64,000 bases of DNA from Eubacteriales bacterium (GCA_045635885.1 JAZTWO010000053.1:31-64030); one strand, 5' to 3'. Numbered from the stretch's first letter, positions 9,746 to 19,026 are shown. Program-made: numbers and translations. The notes: a model not told the origin generated them from the letters alone.

Positions 9746-11116
9746 ATGAGATACGATATCATAATCGTTGGTGCAGGCCCGGGTGGTATTTTCACCGCTT
9801 ATGAACTTTCAAAGCAGAATCAAAATCTCAAAATCGCAGTTTTTGAGGCAGGCCATCCCCTTAGCAAAAGACATTGCCCCATCGACGGTAAAAAGGTTAA
9901 ATCCTGTATCAACTGCAAAACCTGCTCAATTATGAGTGGTTTTGGCGGCGCAGGTGCTTTTTCAGACGGAAAATATAACATCACAAACAACTTTGGTGGC
10001 ACACTTTATGAATACATTGGCAAGGCAAAGGCAACCGAGCTTATGTACTATGTTGACGAAATCAACATGTCCCACGGTGGTGAGGGTACAAAGCTCTATT
10101 CAACAGCCAATTCAAAGTTTAAAAAGCTCTGCCTTCAAAACAAGCTCAACCTTCTTGATGCATCTGTTCGCCACCTTGGAACAGACAAGAACTATATTGT
10201 GCTTAGCAATATTTATAACGAGCTTAAGGATAAAGTTGATTTCTATTTCAACACTCCCGTTCAAAAGCTTGAATTGATTGATGGCGGCTATAAGGCAATC
10301 ACCAAAAAGGGCGACTTTGAAGCTGACAAATGCGTTGTATCTGTTGGTCGAATCGGATCTAAATGGATGGAACAGGTTTGCCGAGATCTCGGGCTTGAAA
10401 AGAAGTCAAACAGAGTTGACATTGGCGTTCGTGTTGAGCTTCCCGCATCCGTTTTCTCACACCTTACAGACGAGCTTTATGAAAGTAAAATAGTTTATAG
10501 AACCGAAAAATTTGAAGATAACGTTCGCACATTCTGTATGAACCCCAAGGGTAGCGTTGTTAACGAGAACACAAACGGTATCGTTACAGTTAACGGTCAC
10601 TCTTATGAAGACGAATCACTTCAAACCGAGAATACAAACTTTGCGCTTCTTGTTTCAAAGCACTTCACATCTCCCTTTGAAGATTCAAACGGATATGGTG
10701 AAAACATTGCTCGCCTTTCAAACATGCTTGGCGGCGGTGTAATCGTGCAAAGATTTGGCGACCTTGTTAGAGGCAGAAGAAGTAATCCCAAAAGAATTGA
10801 AGAGTCCACGGTAACTCCCACACTTGCGGCAACCCCCGGTGACCTTTCACTTGTTCTTCCCAAAAGAATTCTTGACGGAATTATCGAAATGATTTATGCG
10901 CTTGACAAAATCGCACCCGGAACTGCAAACGACGATACACTTCTTTACGGTGTTGAAGTTAAATTCTATAATATGGAAGTTTCAGTTGACGAAAATCTTG
11001 AAAGTCAGCACAAGGGACTTTACATAATTGGTGACGGTAGTGGCATTACGCACTCCCTTTCACACGCATCTGCAAGTGGCGTTCACGTTGCCCGCCACAT
11101 TGTTGGAATTGAATAA
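9746..11116 (+). CDS. FAD-dependent oxidoreductase (COG2509-like uncharacterised dehydrogenase)
   Basis: 456 aa with RBS AAGGAG. It has an N-terminal Rossmann motif DIIIVGAGPGGIFTAYEL and a C-terminal GDGSG motif. Confidence 0.8.
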   Translation: MRYDIIIVGAGPGGIFTAYELSKQNQNLKIAVFEAGHPLSKRHCPIDGKKVKSCINCKTCSIMSGFGGAGAFSDGKYNITNNFGGTLYEYIGKAKATELMYYVDEINMSHGGEGTKLYSTANSKFKKLCLQNKLNLLDASVRHLGTDKNYIVLSNIYNELKDKVDFYFNTPVQKLELIDGGYKAITKKGDFEADKCVVSVGRIGSKWMEQVCRDLGLEKKSNRVDIGVRVELPASVFSHLTDELYESKIVYRTEKFEDNVRTFCMNPKGSVVNENTNGIVTVNGHSYEDESLQTENTNFALLVSKHFTSPFEDSNGYGENIARLSNMLGGGVIVQRFGDLVRGRRSNPKRIEESTVTPTLAATPGDLSLVLPKRILDGIIEMIYALDKIAPGTANDDTLLYGVEVKFYNMEVSVDENLESQHKGLYIIGDGSGITHSLSHASASGVHVARHIVGIE

Positions 11117-11123
11117 TTCATCA

Positions 11124-11158
11124 AAAAAAGGAGAGCCGAAGCTCTCCTTTGTTTTTGT
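11124..11158. terminator. bidirectional terminator
   Basis: Hairpin aaaggagagc-cgaa-gctctccttt flanked by an A-run and a T-run. It sits between convergent genes. Confidence 0.8.
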
Positions 11159-11159
11159 T

Positions 11160-13364
11160 TTATTCACCCTTGTAGCCCCAAACCACAGGACAACCAGAAT
11201 AGTTCCAATAAGAATTCCATTCGCTTGGTTGTGACTCTGCTTCACAGTAAATTGTAAGGGATGTGCAATAAGCGAATGCATAACTACCAATACTTGTTAC
11301 TGAATCGCCTATCTCTACACTTGCAAGGGATATACAACTAGAGAATGCATAATTACCAATGCTTGTCACGGAGTCGGGTATTACTACACTTGTAAGCGAT
11401 GTGCAAGCAGAGAATGCATACGCACCAATACTTGTTACTGAATCACCTATTACTACACTTGTAAGGGATGAGCAACCATAGAATGCATGACCACCAATAC
11501 TTTTTACTGAATCGCCTATCTCTACACTTGTAAGGGATGTGCAACCATTGAATGCATCACCACCAATACTTATTACTGAATCGGGGATTACTACACTTGT
11601 AAGGGATGTGCAATAATGGAATGTCAACTCACCAATACTTGTTACTGAATCGGGGATTACTACACTTGTAAGGGATGTGCAACCATAGAATGCCCAATTA
11701 CCAATACTTGTTACTGAATCGGGGATTACTACACTTGTAAGGGATGTGCAATTATAGAATGCAGTATCACCAATACTTGTTACTGAATCAGGGATTACTA
11801 CACTTGTAAGGGATGTGCAATCACGGAATGTATCACTACCAATACTTGTTAGTGAATCACCTATTACTACACTTGTAAGGGATGAGCAATTTTGGAATAC
11901 ATTAGTACCAATACTTGTTACTGAATCGGGTATCACTACACTTGTAAGGGATTTGCAACCATTGAATGCAGAATTACCAATACTTGTTACTGAATCGCCT
12001 ATCTCTACACTTGTAAGGTATGTGCAATTTTCGAATGCAACATGACCAATACTTGTTACTGAATCGGGTATTACTACACTTGTAAGTGATGAGCAACCAG
12101 AGAATGCATAATAACCAATACTTGTTACATCCGATACAAATTCCACCGTTTCAATATTTGCGCAATTGTAAAGTGCATAACTCGGAACATATTTTCCGCC
12201 GAAAACAACTTTTTTAATAGATGCAACACCCATAAAGCTGTTATTTTCTGATGCATAAGTTGAGTTATAATAAACGGTATTCAAATTATCCGCTTTATAG
12301 AAAATCTGTGTGCCAATATCTGTTACGGATGCAGGAATGGTCATTTCAGTAATTCCCGTGCAACCGTAGAATGCTCTTGTGCCAATTGTTTTAATTGTTT
12401 CGGGAAGATTGATTTCTGTGAGCTGTGTGCATTCAGAAAATGCTTTTTCGCCAATAGCTGTTACTTTATATGTTCTAATATAATCGGGAATGTTAAGAAC
12501 AGTGCCTGCAAATGTGCCAATGCCTGTGATTGTGCAGGTTGTTCCGTCAGCATTTACTGTATATTCAAGACCAAGGTCGCCAATAAATGGAATAACCTCT
12601 TCCTGTGTCTTTTGTTTGCATGTGCTACATGTCTTATACTTATAACCGTCCTCGGTTTCGGTGGGTGCTTTTTCAATTACCCAATCGCTCTCTTTGTGTC
12701 CAAGTGCCTTGATATATGACTGAACAACAAGAACTTCACCACATCTATCGCAATGCTTACCGTCGGTAAGGCCTGCGGTTGTGCAAGTTGCAGCATAGCC
12801 CGTGTCGATAATTTCGTCGTGTCCAAGTGCATTTATAACTGTCTGCGCCTGAAGAACTTCTTCACAACCGTTGCAAATGATTCCTTCTGTAAGACCTGCT
12901 TCAGTGCAAGTGGGAGCTTTCGCTTCATATTTTGTCACGTCAGTGTGCTTGCAAGTTACGTCACGAACGAAATCACAAGTGTTACATGTTGCGTCATTTT
13001 TATCGTCATAAGAGTGCGCAATCTTGGGAATTTCAATCTGTGCCACAAAAATTACACCACAGCTCATGCAATGCAAGCCCTCTGTAAGACCTGTTTTGGT
13101 GCAAGTGGGAGCAACCGCTTCGTCAACAACCTCTTTGTGAACACCTGTTGCCGCAATGGGTGCAGTTTCCAAAACCTTGCCACAAGTTGCGCAGAATTGA
13201 CATTGTTCGCCATCCTTACAAGAAGGAGCTGTAATAGTAACCCACGCACCGGGAGTGTGAACGTGTGCAGGTTCAGTTACTGTGGGCTGTGTTTGTCCGC
13301 CACAGGCAACAAGTGCCAAAGCAAGAAGCAACACAACAAAAGTGAGGGTTAAAATTTTCTTCAT
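11160..13364 (-). CDS. large surface lipoprotein: Cys-rich modules + BspA-type LRR_5 repeat array
   Basis: 734 aa. The signal peptide has an LVAC lipobox (MKKILTLTFVVLLLALALVACGG). Three modules of about 36 aa follow, of the form PTCTxxGLTEGxxCxxCGxxLxxQxxIxALGH. They are followed by more than 15 LRR_5 repeats, 13 of them nearly identical (SLTSVVIPDSVTSIGxxAFxxCT). Confidence 0.88.
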   Translation of the reverse strand: MKKILTLTFVVLLLALALVACGGQTQPTVTEPAHVHTPGAWVTITAPSCKDGEQCQFCATCGKVLETAPIAATGVHKEVVDEAVAPTCTKTGLTEGLHCMSCGVIFVAQIEIPKIAHSYDDKNDATCNTCDFVRDVTCKHTDVTKYEAKAPTCTEAGLTEGIICNGCEEVLQAQTVINALGHDEIIDTGYAATCTTAGLTDGKHCDRCGEVLVVQSYIKALGHKESDWVIEKAPTETEDGYKYKTCSTCKQKTQEEVIPFIGDLGLEYTVNADGTTCTITGIGTFAGTVLNIPDYIRTYKVTAIGEKAFSECTQLTEINLPETIKTIGTRAFYGCTGITEMTIPASVTDIGTQIFYKADNLNTVYYNSTYASENNSFMGVASIKKVVFGGKYVPSYALYNCANIETVEFVSDVTSIGYYAFSGCSSLTSVVIPDSVTSIGHVAFENCTYLTSVEIGDSVTSIGNSAFNGCKSLTSVVIPDSVTSIGTNVFQNCSSLTSVVIGDSLTSIGSDTFRDCTSLTSVVIPDSVTSIGDTAFYNCTSLTSVVIPDSVTSIGNWAFYGCTSLTSVVIPDSVTSIGELTFHYCTSLTSVVIPDSVISIGGDAFNGCTSLTSVEIGDSVKSIGGHAFYGCSSLTSVVIGDSVTSIGAYAFSACTSLTSVVIPDSVTSIGNYAFSSCISLASVEIGDSVTSIGSYAFAYCTSLTIYCEAESQPSEWNSYWNYSGCPVVWGYKGE
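11234..12128 (-). repeat. 13 tandem near-identical 69-bp (23-codon) coding repeats
   Basis: The unit ccaatacttgttactgaatcggggattactacacttgtaagggatgtgcaa... recurs head-to-tail and in frame inside the LRR gene. Confidence 0.9.
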
Positions 13365-13535
13365 TTTTTCTTCCTTTCTACGTTTAACCTCGACAGGATA
13401 TCGATTTATTATACTACTATTATTTCACTTTTGCAATATATTTGGCAAAATTTACATTTTTTATGTGCCAAAGCTTCAAAACAGAATAAAATATCGATAT
13501 TTTTCATAAACTAAACAAAAAACGGAGTTTGGTTT

Positions 13536-14279
13536 ATGAAAAGTCAAAAAAGTAGATATGCGTTGGGCTTTGCGCTTGAATTTGCGTGCTTTTGCATTAT
13601 TTCAATGCTCATTTCACTAATTTTTATTATTCCCATGACAAGTTTTAAAACCCCTGCCCCCAACGTGATCGCTTCAAACCCAACCGATATCACAATCGTG
13701 CTTGATGCAGGACACGGTGGCGAGGACGGCGGTTGCGAGGGCAACGGACTTGTTGAAAAGGATTTGAACCTCGATATCACCCTGCGAATCGCTTCCCTGC
13801 TTAAAAATCAAGGCGTAAACGTTGTGCTAACTCGTGAAACGGACGTTCTTTTGTATGATATAAATTCCGATTATCAGGGCAAAAAGAAGTCCCAAGACCT
13901 TAAAAAACGCCTTGAAATCACCAATTCTTGCGAAAATCCCGTTCTTGTGAGCATCCATATGAACTATTTCGCTCAAACACAATATTCGGGACTTCAGGTT
14001 TGGTATTCAAAAAACAATTCCAATTCAAAAATTTTAGCAAACCTCATCCAATCAAGCGTAAAGTCAAGCTTGCAAAAATCCAACAATCGTGCTATAAAAG
14101 AGGCAACAAGCTCCATCTTTCTGCTTCATAATTCAACCTGCCCTTCCGTTTTAATTGAGTGCGGTTTTCTATCCAACAGCGAAGAAGCGAGGGCTTTAGG
14201 TGATGAAATTTACCGACAAAAGCTCGCAGAAATCATTTTTCATTCAATTATGACCTACATTTCGCAGAATAATACTTGA
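13536..14279 (+). CDS. cwlD: N-acetylmuramoyl-L-alanine amidase, CwlD-type (germination-specific)
   Basis: 247 aa with an N-terminal TM helix. Amidase_3 motifs LDAGHGGEDGG, VSIHMN and VLIECGFLSN are present, and size and architecture match CwlD. Confidence 0.8.
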   Translation: MKSQKSRYALGFALEFACFCIISMLISLIFIIPMTSFKTPAPNVIASNPTDITIVLDAGHGGEDGGCEGNGLVEKDLNLDITLRIASLLKNQGVNVVLTRETDVLLYDINSDYQGKKKSQDLKKRLEITNSCENPVLVSIHMNYFAQTQYSGLQVWYSKNNSNSKILANLIQSSVKSSLQKSNNRAIKEATSSIFLLHNSTCPSVLIECGFLSNSEEARALGDEIYRQKLAEIIFHSIMTYISQNNT

Positions 14280-14304
14280 TTTTTTCTTCATTTTTATTTA
14301 TAAT
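14276..14304 (+). promoter_or_regulatory. candidate sigma-A promoter reading into the ORF-free 14.3-14.8 kb spacer
   Basis: TTGATT (14276-14281, overlapping the cwlD stop codon), a 17-nt spacer, then TATAAT (14299-14304). Confidence 0.4.
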
Positions 14305-14842
14305 ATAAGTGTAGTATTATTCAAATTTTGATTTATCAGAAAGTTAGTTAAAACAAAACCGCTCAAGACGGAAACCCCCAAAGCTCATAAAGATCGCTTC
14401 GGGGAACCCCTAAGCCGCTTGGGCGCGCGCTTTTGAAAAAGCGCGGCAAAACAATCGCTTGGTGTGTGTCGAGTCGACGTAAATTTTCGATAAAACACGA
14501 GTGTTTTATCGGTTTGATCAATAAAATCGCCTTGTGTGAGTGAACTCCCACCAACGATTTTCTTGCCCAAACTACGAAAACCACTATTTACATAGTGATT
14601 TTCTAAAATTTACTTTGCTAAACTATAGCCGTTTGATAGTGATATGGCTACATACCCAGTAGCAAATCACAGATTTTCGAATGTATGAGAAAATCGTTAT
14701 GTAATTGTTTGATTTCAATCAAACATTACGATTTGCGCAGATTAATTTAACTCACACGATTAAAAGTTTTGCCAAGCTTTTTCAAAAGCGACCTTTTTTA
14801 TCTTTGTAACTATCCGCTAAATCCCAATTTATCATTAACCCC

Positions 14843-14871
14843 TTGACATACAAGGGGATTTTTGTTATTAT
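14843..14871 (+). promoter_or_regulatory. sigma-A promoter for the XRE-CDF operon
   Basis: TTGACA (14843-14848), a 17-nt spacer, then TATTAT (14866-14871). This explains why the track's TTG start at 14843 is unlikely to be real. Confidence 0.6.
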
Positions 14872-14902
14872 TTATGTAATGAGATTTGAAAGGACCATAG
14901 TT

Positions 14903-15418
14903 ATGGCAAGAGTATCAACTAAGAAAAATAAGAATATATATCAACAGACAAGAGAAAATCTCGAGCTTTCAAGAGAGGGTGCAAGCGAGCTTTTGGAGTG
15001 GATTTCGCCCGAGAGAATTGAGCGAATTGAGAACGAAAAGAGTAATCCTAATCCCGACGAGGTATTGCAGATGGCGGACAAATACAAATTGCCCCGACTT
15101 TGCAATTACTACTGCGCAAATCAGTGTCCCATCGGTCAGGAATACGTTCCCGAGGTTAAGGTTAAGGAGCTTTCACAATTGACACTTGAATTGCTTTCTT
15201 CACTTAATAATATGAATAGCAAAAGAGAGCGCCTTATTGAAATTACGGTTAACGGAAAGATAGATGACAACGAAATTGCGGATTTCATTGAAATTCAAGA
15301 GGAGCTTGAGCGCATTTCTTTGACTGTTGAAACTCTTCAACTTTGGTCAGAAAGAATGCTTGCTAATGGCATCATTAACGAGGAAAAATATAAGGAAATA
15401 AAGAATAGGAAGAAATAA
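14903..15418 (+). CDS. XRE-family HTH regulator with a Cys-rich segment
   Basis: ATG at 14903 follows aaagga. The HTH region is IYQQTRENLELSREGASELLEWISPERIERIENEK. A CNYYCANQCPIG motif follows the HTH. The stop codon overlaps the next start (TAATG at 15416-15420). Confidence 0.75.
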   Translation: MARVSTKKNKNIYQQTRENLELSREGASELLEWISPERIERIENEKSNPNPDEVLQMADKYKLPRLCNYYCANQCPIGQEYVPEVKVKELSQLTLELLSSLNNMNSKRERLIEITVNGKIDDNEIADFIEIQEELERISLTVETLQLWSERMLANGIINEEKYKEIKNRKK

Positions 15419-16329
15419 TGAAAACAGAAAGAAACATATTGATTGCATTTATTTTGAACCTTGCGTTTTCAATTTTTGAATTTATTGGCGGAGCGATAAC
15501 CGGGAGCGTTGCCATTGTTTCAGATGCGGTGCACGATATTGGTGATGCAATGAGCATTGGCGCATCGTATTTCCTTGAAAAAAAGAGCAAAAAGCAACCC
15601 GACGAAATATTCACTTACGGATATGCAAGATATTCTGTAATGGGTGGTGTAATTACAACATGCATTTTGCTTTTTGGCTCTGTTGCGGTAATTTACAATG
15701 CGATTTTAAGAATTATCAATCCTGTTGAAATCAATTATAACGGAATGATTATTTTCGCCATTATCGGCGCACTTGTAAATCTTGCGGCGGCATATTTTAC
15801 AAGGGAGGGCGACTCCATCAACCAAAAGGCAGTAAATCTTCATATGCTTGAGGACGTTCTTGGTTGGGTGGTAGTGCTTATTGGTGCAATTGTAATGAAG
15901 TTTACCAACATCACATATATCGACCCAATAATGTCAATTTGCGTTGCAGCGTTCATTCTTATCAATGCAATCAAAAATCTTAAAGAGGTTGTTGATTTGT
16001 TTTTGGCAAAGATTCCTGCACATTTAAGAATTGACGAAATTAAAGAACACGTTGAAAAAATAGACGGTGTTGCAGGTGTGCATCACATTCACATTTGGTC
16101 AATGGACGGTCAAAAGAACTATGCCACAATGCACGTTGTTTGCGCGGGTGAATCACAAAAGGTGAAGCACGCAATTCGTGAGAAATTGAAAGAGCAGGGC
16201 ATTAATCACGTTACGTTGGAGCTTGAAAACGAGGGCGAGGATTGCCACGAAGAGCATTGTCACGTTGAAGAAGGAAATTCGAAAGGCGGACATCACCACC
16301 ACCATCACCACCACCATCATCACCACTAA
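15418..16329 (+). CDS. cation diffusion facilitator (Zn/Co/Cd efflux) with a His12 tail
   Basis: 303 aa and 6 TM helices. CDF signature LNLAFSIFEFIGGAITGSVAIVSDAVHDIGD is present, with metal-site residues HD...HxxxD. The C-terminal end reads CHEEHCHVEEGNSKGG followed by 12 His (16291-16326). Confidence 0.9.
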   Translation: MKTERNILIAFILNLAFSIFEFIGGAITGSVAIVSDAVHDIGDAMSIGASYFLEKKSKKQPDEIFTYGYARYSVMGGVITTCILLFGSVAVIYNAILRIINPVEINYNGMIIFAIIGALVNLAAAYFTREGDSINQKAVNLHMLEDVLGWVVVLIGAIVMKFTNITYIDPIMSICVAAFILINAIKNLKEVVDLFLAKIPAHLRIDEIKEHVEKIDGVAGVHHIHIWSMDGQKNYATMHVVCAGESQKVKHAIREKLKEQGINHVTLELENEGEDCHEEHCHVEEGNSKGGHHHHHHHHHHHH

Positions 16330-16344
16330 TTAGAGGTATAAATT

Positions 16345-17445
16345 ATGTCATTAACTATGAATAAAATTGTCGAGCAGGCGGCAGAAAAACGTGCGTCCGA
16401 CCTTCACGTTATACTCGGTCAACCAATAAAATGCAGAATTGACGGTAAAATTGTCAATTTTACCGATGAAATAGTTACTTCTGAGCAGATTGAGGCATTT
16501 GCAAGGGAGCTTATTGGCGAAAAATATGACCAAATTTCATCAATTGGAGAAGCCGACGTTGGATTTACATTTCCGTGTGGAATTCGTGTTAGAGGAAACG
16601 TATATCGCCAAAGCAGAAAGCTTGCGATTGCGCTTAGAATTTTCCCCAACCAAATTCCACAAATTGAGGAACTCGGTTTGCCCGAGTGCGTTGAGCAAAT
16701 TCCCCTTATGAATAACGGAATTGTGCTTGTAACGGGCGAAACAGGGGCAGGAAAAAGCACAACCTTGGCGGCAATTCTTGATAGAATTAACCACACGAAA
16801 CCTGCGCACGTCATCACTCTTGAAGACCCCATTGAATACGTTTTTGATAATGATAAATGCATTATGACTCAAAGGGAAATTGCGGTTGATACCGAAAGCT
16901 ATAAAAGTGGACTTCGCTCCATTTTGCGTGAGGACCCCGACATTATAATGATTGGCGAAATGCGAGATTATGAAACCATTGAAGCGGCTTTAACCGCCGC
17001 CGAAACAGGACATCTTGTTCTTGCAACCTTGCACACAAATTCCGCTGCAGATACACTTGATAGAATTCTTGGTGTGTTCCCCGAGCACGCACAGGCGCAG
17101 GTTAGAATGCAGCTTTCAAACACAATTTGTTGCATTTTGTGTCAAAAGCTTTTGCCCCATAAAAATGGAGAGGGCAGAGTGCTTGCTTGCGAAGCAATGA
17201 TGGCAAATCCTGCAATCAGAACGCTTATCAGAGAGGGAAAAACCCACCAGGTTGAAACCTATCTTGGAATTGACAGTGCAAACGGAAGTGTCTTGATGGA
17301 TAACTCGCTTTATAACCTTGTGCAAGAGGGTAAATTGAGCATCGAGGTTGCCGAAAGATACGTTAAACGCAAAGAAATTCTTAATCAAAAGCTTACAAAT
17401 GAAGAGCCGACTGTTGAAAAAGGATTTTTTGGTAAGAGAAAATAA
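16345..17445 (+). CDS. pilT: type IV pilus retraction ATPase PilT-like
   Basis: 366 aa with RBS GAGG. Walker A GETGAGKST, the Asp box and Walker B (DPDIIMIGEMRD) and the His box (TGHLVLATLHTNSA) are present. Confidence 0.88.
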   Translation: MSLTMNKIVEQAAEKRASDLHVILGQPIKCRIDGKIVNFTDEIVTSEQIEAFARELIGEKYDQISSIGEADVGFTFPCGIRVRGNVYRQSRKLAIALRIFPNQIPQIEELGLPECVEQIPLMNNGIVLVTGETGAGKSTTLAAILDRINHTKPAHVITLEDPIEYVFDNDKCIMTQREIAVDTESYKSGLRSILREDPDIIMIGEMRDYETIEAALTAAETGHLVLATLHTNSAADTLDRILGVFPEHAQAQVRMQLSNTICCILCQKLLPHKNGEGRVLACEAMMANPAIRTLIREGKTHQVETYLGIDSANGSVLMDNSLYNLVQEGKLSIEVAERYVKRKEILNQKLTNEEPTVEKGFFGKRK

Positions 17446-17455
17446 ATATTTATTA

Positions 17456-17490
17456 AAACGCATTTGCTTTGCGCAGATGCGTTTTTTATT
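17456..17490 (+). terminator. rho-independent terminator after pilT
   Basis: aaacgcat...atgcgttttttatt hairpin followed by a T-run. Confidence 0.7.
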
Positions 17491-17652
17491 TGTTTGTTTT
17501 GTACAAAGTTCACATAAAAAGTATATGAACAAGGGCAATATATAGGCAACATTATGAGCATTTGTGCCAAAATTTTATTAATTTGGTAAATGTTATTTTA
17601 TTTTATTACAATTTGTGATAATATATATATAGTAGATTATCGGAGGGATAGT

Positions 17653-18213
17653 ATGCAAAAAATTAAGCAATTATGGAATTCCTTTGCCGACAAAAACCCT
17701 AAAATATCACAGTGGGTTAGAGAGGGCGGACTCTTCTTTCTTGTTAGCAATCTTATAACAATTGTAAGGGGTCTAATGATTTCAGTTTTAAAGCCGATAT
17801 TTGGCTTTATGGGTACGGGGGCAGTTGGATTTCCCGACATAACTTTAAAGCTTTTTGGCGTTGAATTTTCTTGGTACATAATTGGTGCAAGTGAAAAGCA
17901 GGGCGGTGCGGCATACTTTACTGCATTCCTTATTTCCTTGTGGGTTTGTGAAATTATCAATTTCTTTATGCAAAGAAAATTCGTTTTCCGCAGTAACGGC
18001 AAAATCGGTCGTCAAGCGGCACTTTATTTTACAACGTTCGTTTTCATCACCTGCGTTGTAAATGCGGTAAGCAATATTTGGATTGGCGTTGCAGAGTCAT
18101 TTGTCCCCGAAGTTGTTTATAATCTTGGAACAACGTTTATCACGGGTGGAGTAGCGTTGGTGGTATTCTTCTTCGCTAACAGATTCATCTTTAAAGACGT
18201 TAAGAAAAGTTAA
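17653..18213 (+). CDS. GtrA-family membrane protein
   Basis: ATG at 17653 lies 6 nt after GGAGGG. It has 4-5 TM helices and the FFMQRKFVF motif typical of GtrA-like proteins. Confidence 0.7.
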   Translation: MQKIKQLWNSFADKNPKISQWVREGGLFFLVSNLITIVRGLMISVLKPIFGFMGTGAVGFPDITLKLFGVEFSWYIIGASEKQGGAAYFTAFLISLWVCEIINFFMQRKFVFRSNGKIGRQAALYFTTFVFITCVVNAVSNIWIGVAESFVPEVVYNLGTTFITGGVALVVFFFANRFIFKDVKKS

Positions 18214-18228
18214 TTGAGGTTTATATAG

Positions 18229-19026
18229 TTGAGATTTTTTAAAAATAACAAAATAAGATTAATTTCTTGTTTGCTTTGTTTCATTTTGATTTTATGCACC
18301 TCGTGTTATGAAAAGCAAAACAAACCACACTCACCTTCCATGGGTGGCAGTGGAAATATTCCGCCAAGTAGTACGGTTGTTGATAAATTCACAGCAGATG
18401 AGAATAAAATAGTGATTTTTGAGAATGGTGCCGTGCAGGGATTTTGGGCAAGAAACGATAGGGGGAACGGACATCCCTTTAACTGCTCGTTCAGTAGTGC
18501 CAATGCGGTGATTGAAAATGGTGTTTTAACCCTTTCGCTCACCAAAACCGACAAGGGCTATGCAGGTGCTGAATATCGTTCGGGCGCAAAGTTTTCATAT
18601 GGATACTATTCGGTTTCTATGAAAGCGGCTAAATGCCCTGGGGTAATCTCCTCGTTTTTCACATATACAGGGTGGCCTTGGCACGAAATCGACATTGAAT
18701 TTTTGGGCGATGACACCACAAGAGTTCAGTTCAATTACTATACTGACGGAGAGGGCGGACACGAATACGTTTATGAACTTGGATTCGACGCATCCGAGGA
18801 TTTTCACGAATACGGATTCGATTGGCAACCCGACTCAATCACTTGGTATGTTGACGGAAAGTCGGTTTATAAGGCGACTGTTAACATTCCCTCACAAGCG
18901 GGGCATATAATGATGAATTTGTGGAACGTTGCAGATTCAAATGCAGGTTGGGCAGGAAAATTTGACGAAAGCAAGCTTCCTGTAACTGCACAATATCAAT
19001 GGATAGGATATCAAAGCGCTGAATAA
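18229..19026 (+). CDS. GH16 family beta-glucanase (licheninase/laminarinase-like) lipoprotein
   Basis: 265 aa with a TTG start after GAGG and a lipobox (LCTSC). The catalytic motif EIDIEFLG is followed by FHEYGFDWQPDSITWYVDG. Confidence 0.88.
   Translation: MRFFKNNKIRLISCLLCFILILCTSCYEKQNKPHSPSMGGSGNIPPSSTVVDKFTADENKIVIFENGAVQGFWARNDRGNGHPFNCSFSSANAVIENGVLTLSLTKTDKGYAGAEYRSGAKFSYGYYSVSMKAAKCPGVISSFFTYTGWPWHEIDIEFLGDDTTRVQFNYYTDGEGGHEYVYELGFDASEDFHEYGFDWQPDSITWYVDGKSVYKATVNIPSQAGHIMMNLWNVADSNAGWAGKFDESKLPVTAQYQWIGYQSAE

Noticed and set aside
11234-12128. Regular 69-bp periodic repeats that could be mistaken for a CRISPR array
   Set aside because: There are no unique spacers, because the whole unit repeats. 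The units are in frame and encode a recognisable 23-aa LRR_5 repeat inside a 734-aa ORF. No cas genes are present.
12753-13352. 199-aa plus-strand ORF
   Set aside because: It is antisense to the Cys-rich N-terminal part of the LRR lipoprotein gene and has no RBS.
14340-14840. tmRNA, RNase P RNA, SRP RNA or 6S RNA in the ORF-free spacer
   Set aside because: I looked on both strands for the signatures below and found none.
- tmRNA ends (GGGG...TTCGA..., a tag ORF ending ALAA)
- the RNase P GAGGAAAGTCC box
- the SRP GGAAG/AGCAG domain IV motif
The region is kept only as an unclassified ncRNA candidate. The 61-73 aa ORFs at 14363-14584 were also rejected (no RBS).
16291-16326. Run of 12 His codons resembling an engineered affinity tag
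   Set aside because: It is preceded by a natural His/Cys/Glu-rich segment (CHEEHCHVEE). His-rich cytoplasmic tails are a known feature of CDF transporters. Mixed CAT/CAC codon usage and the native stop and context argue against a cloning artefact.
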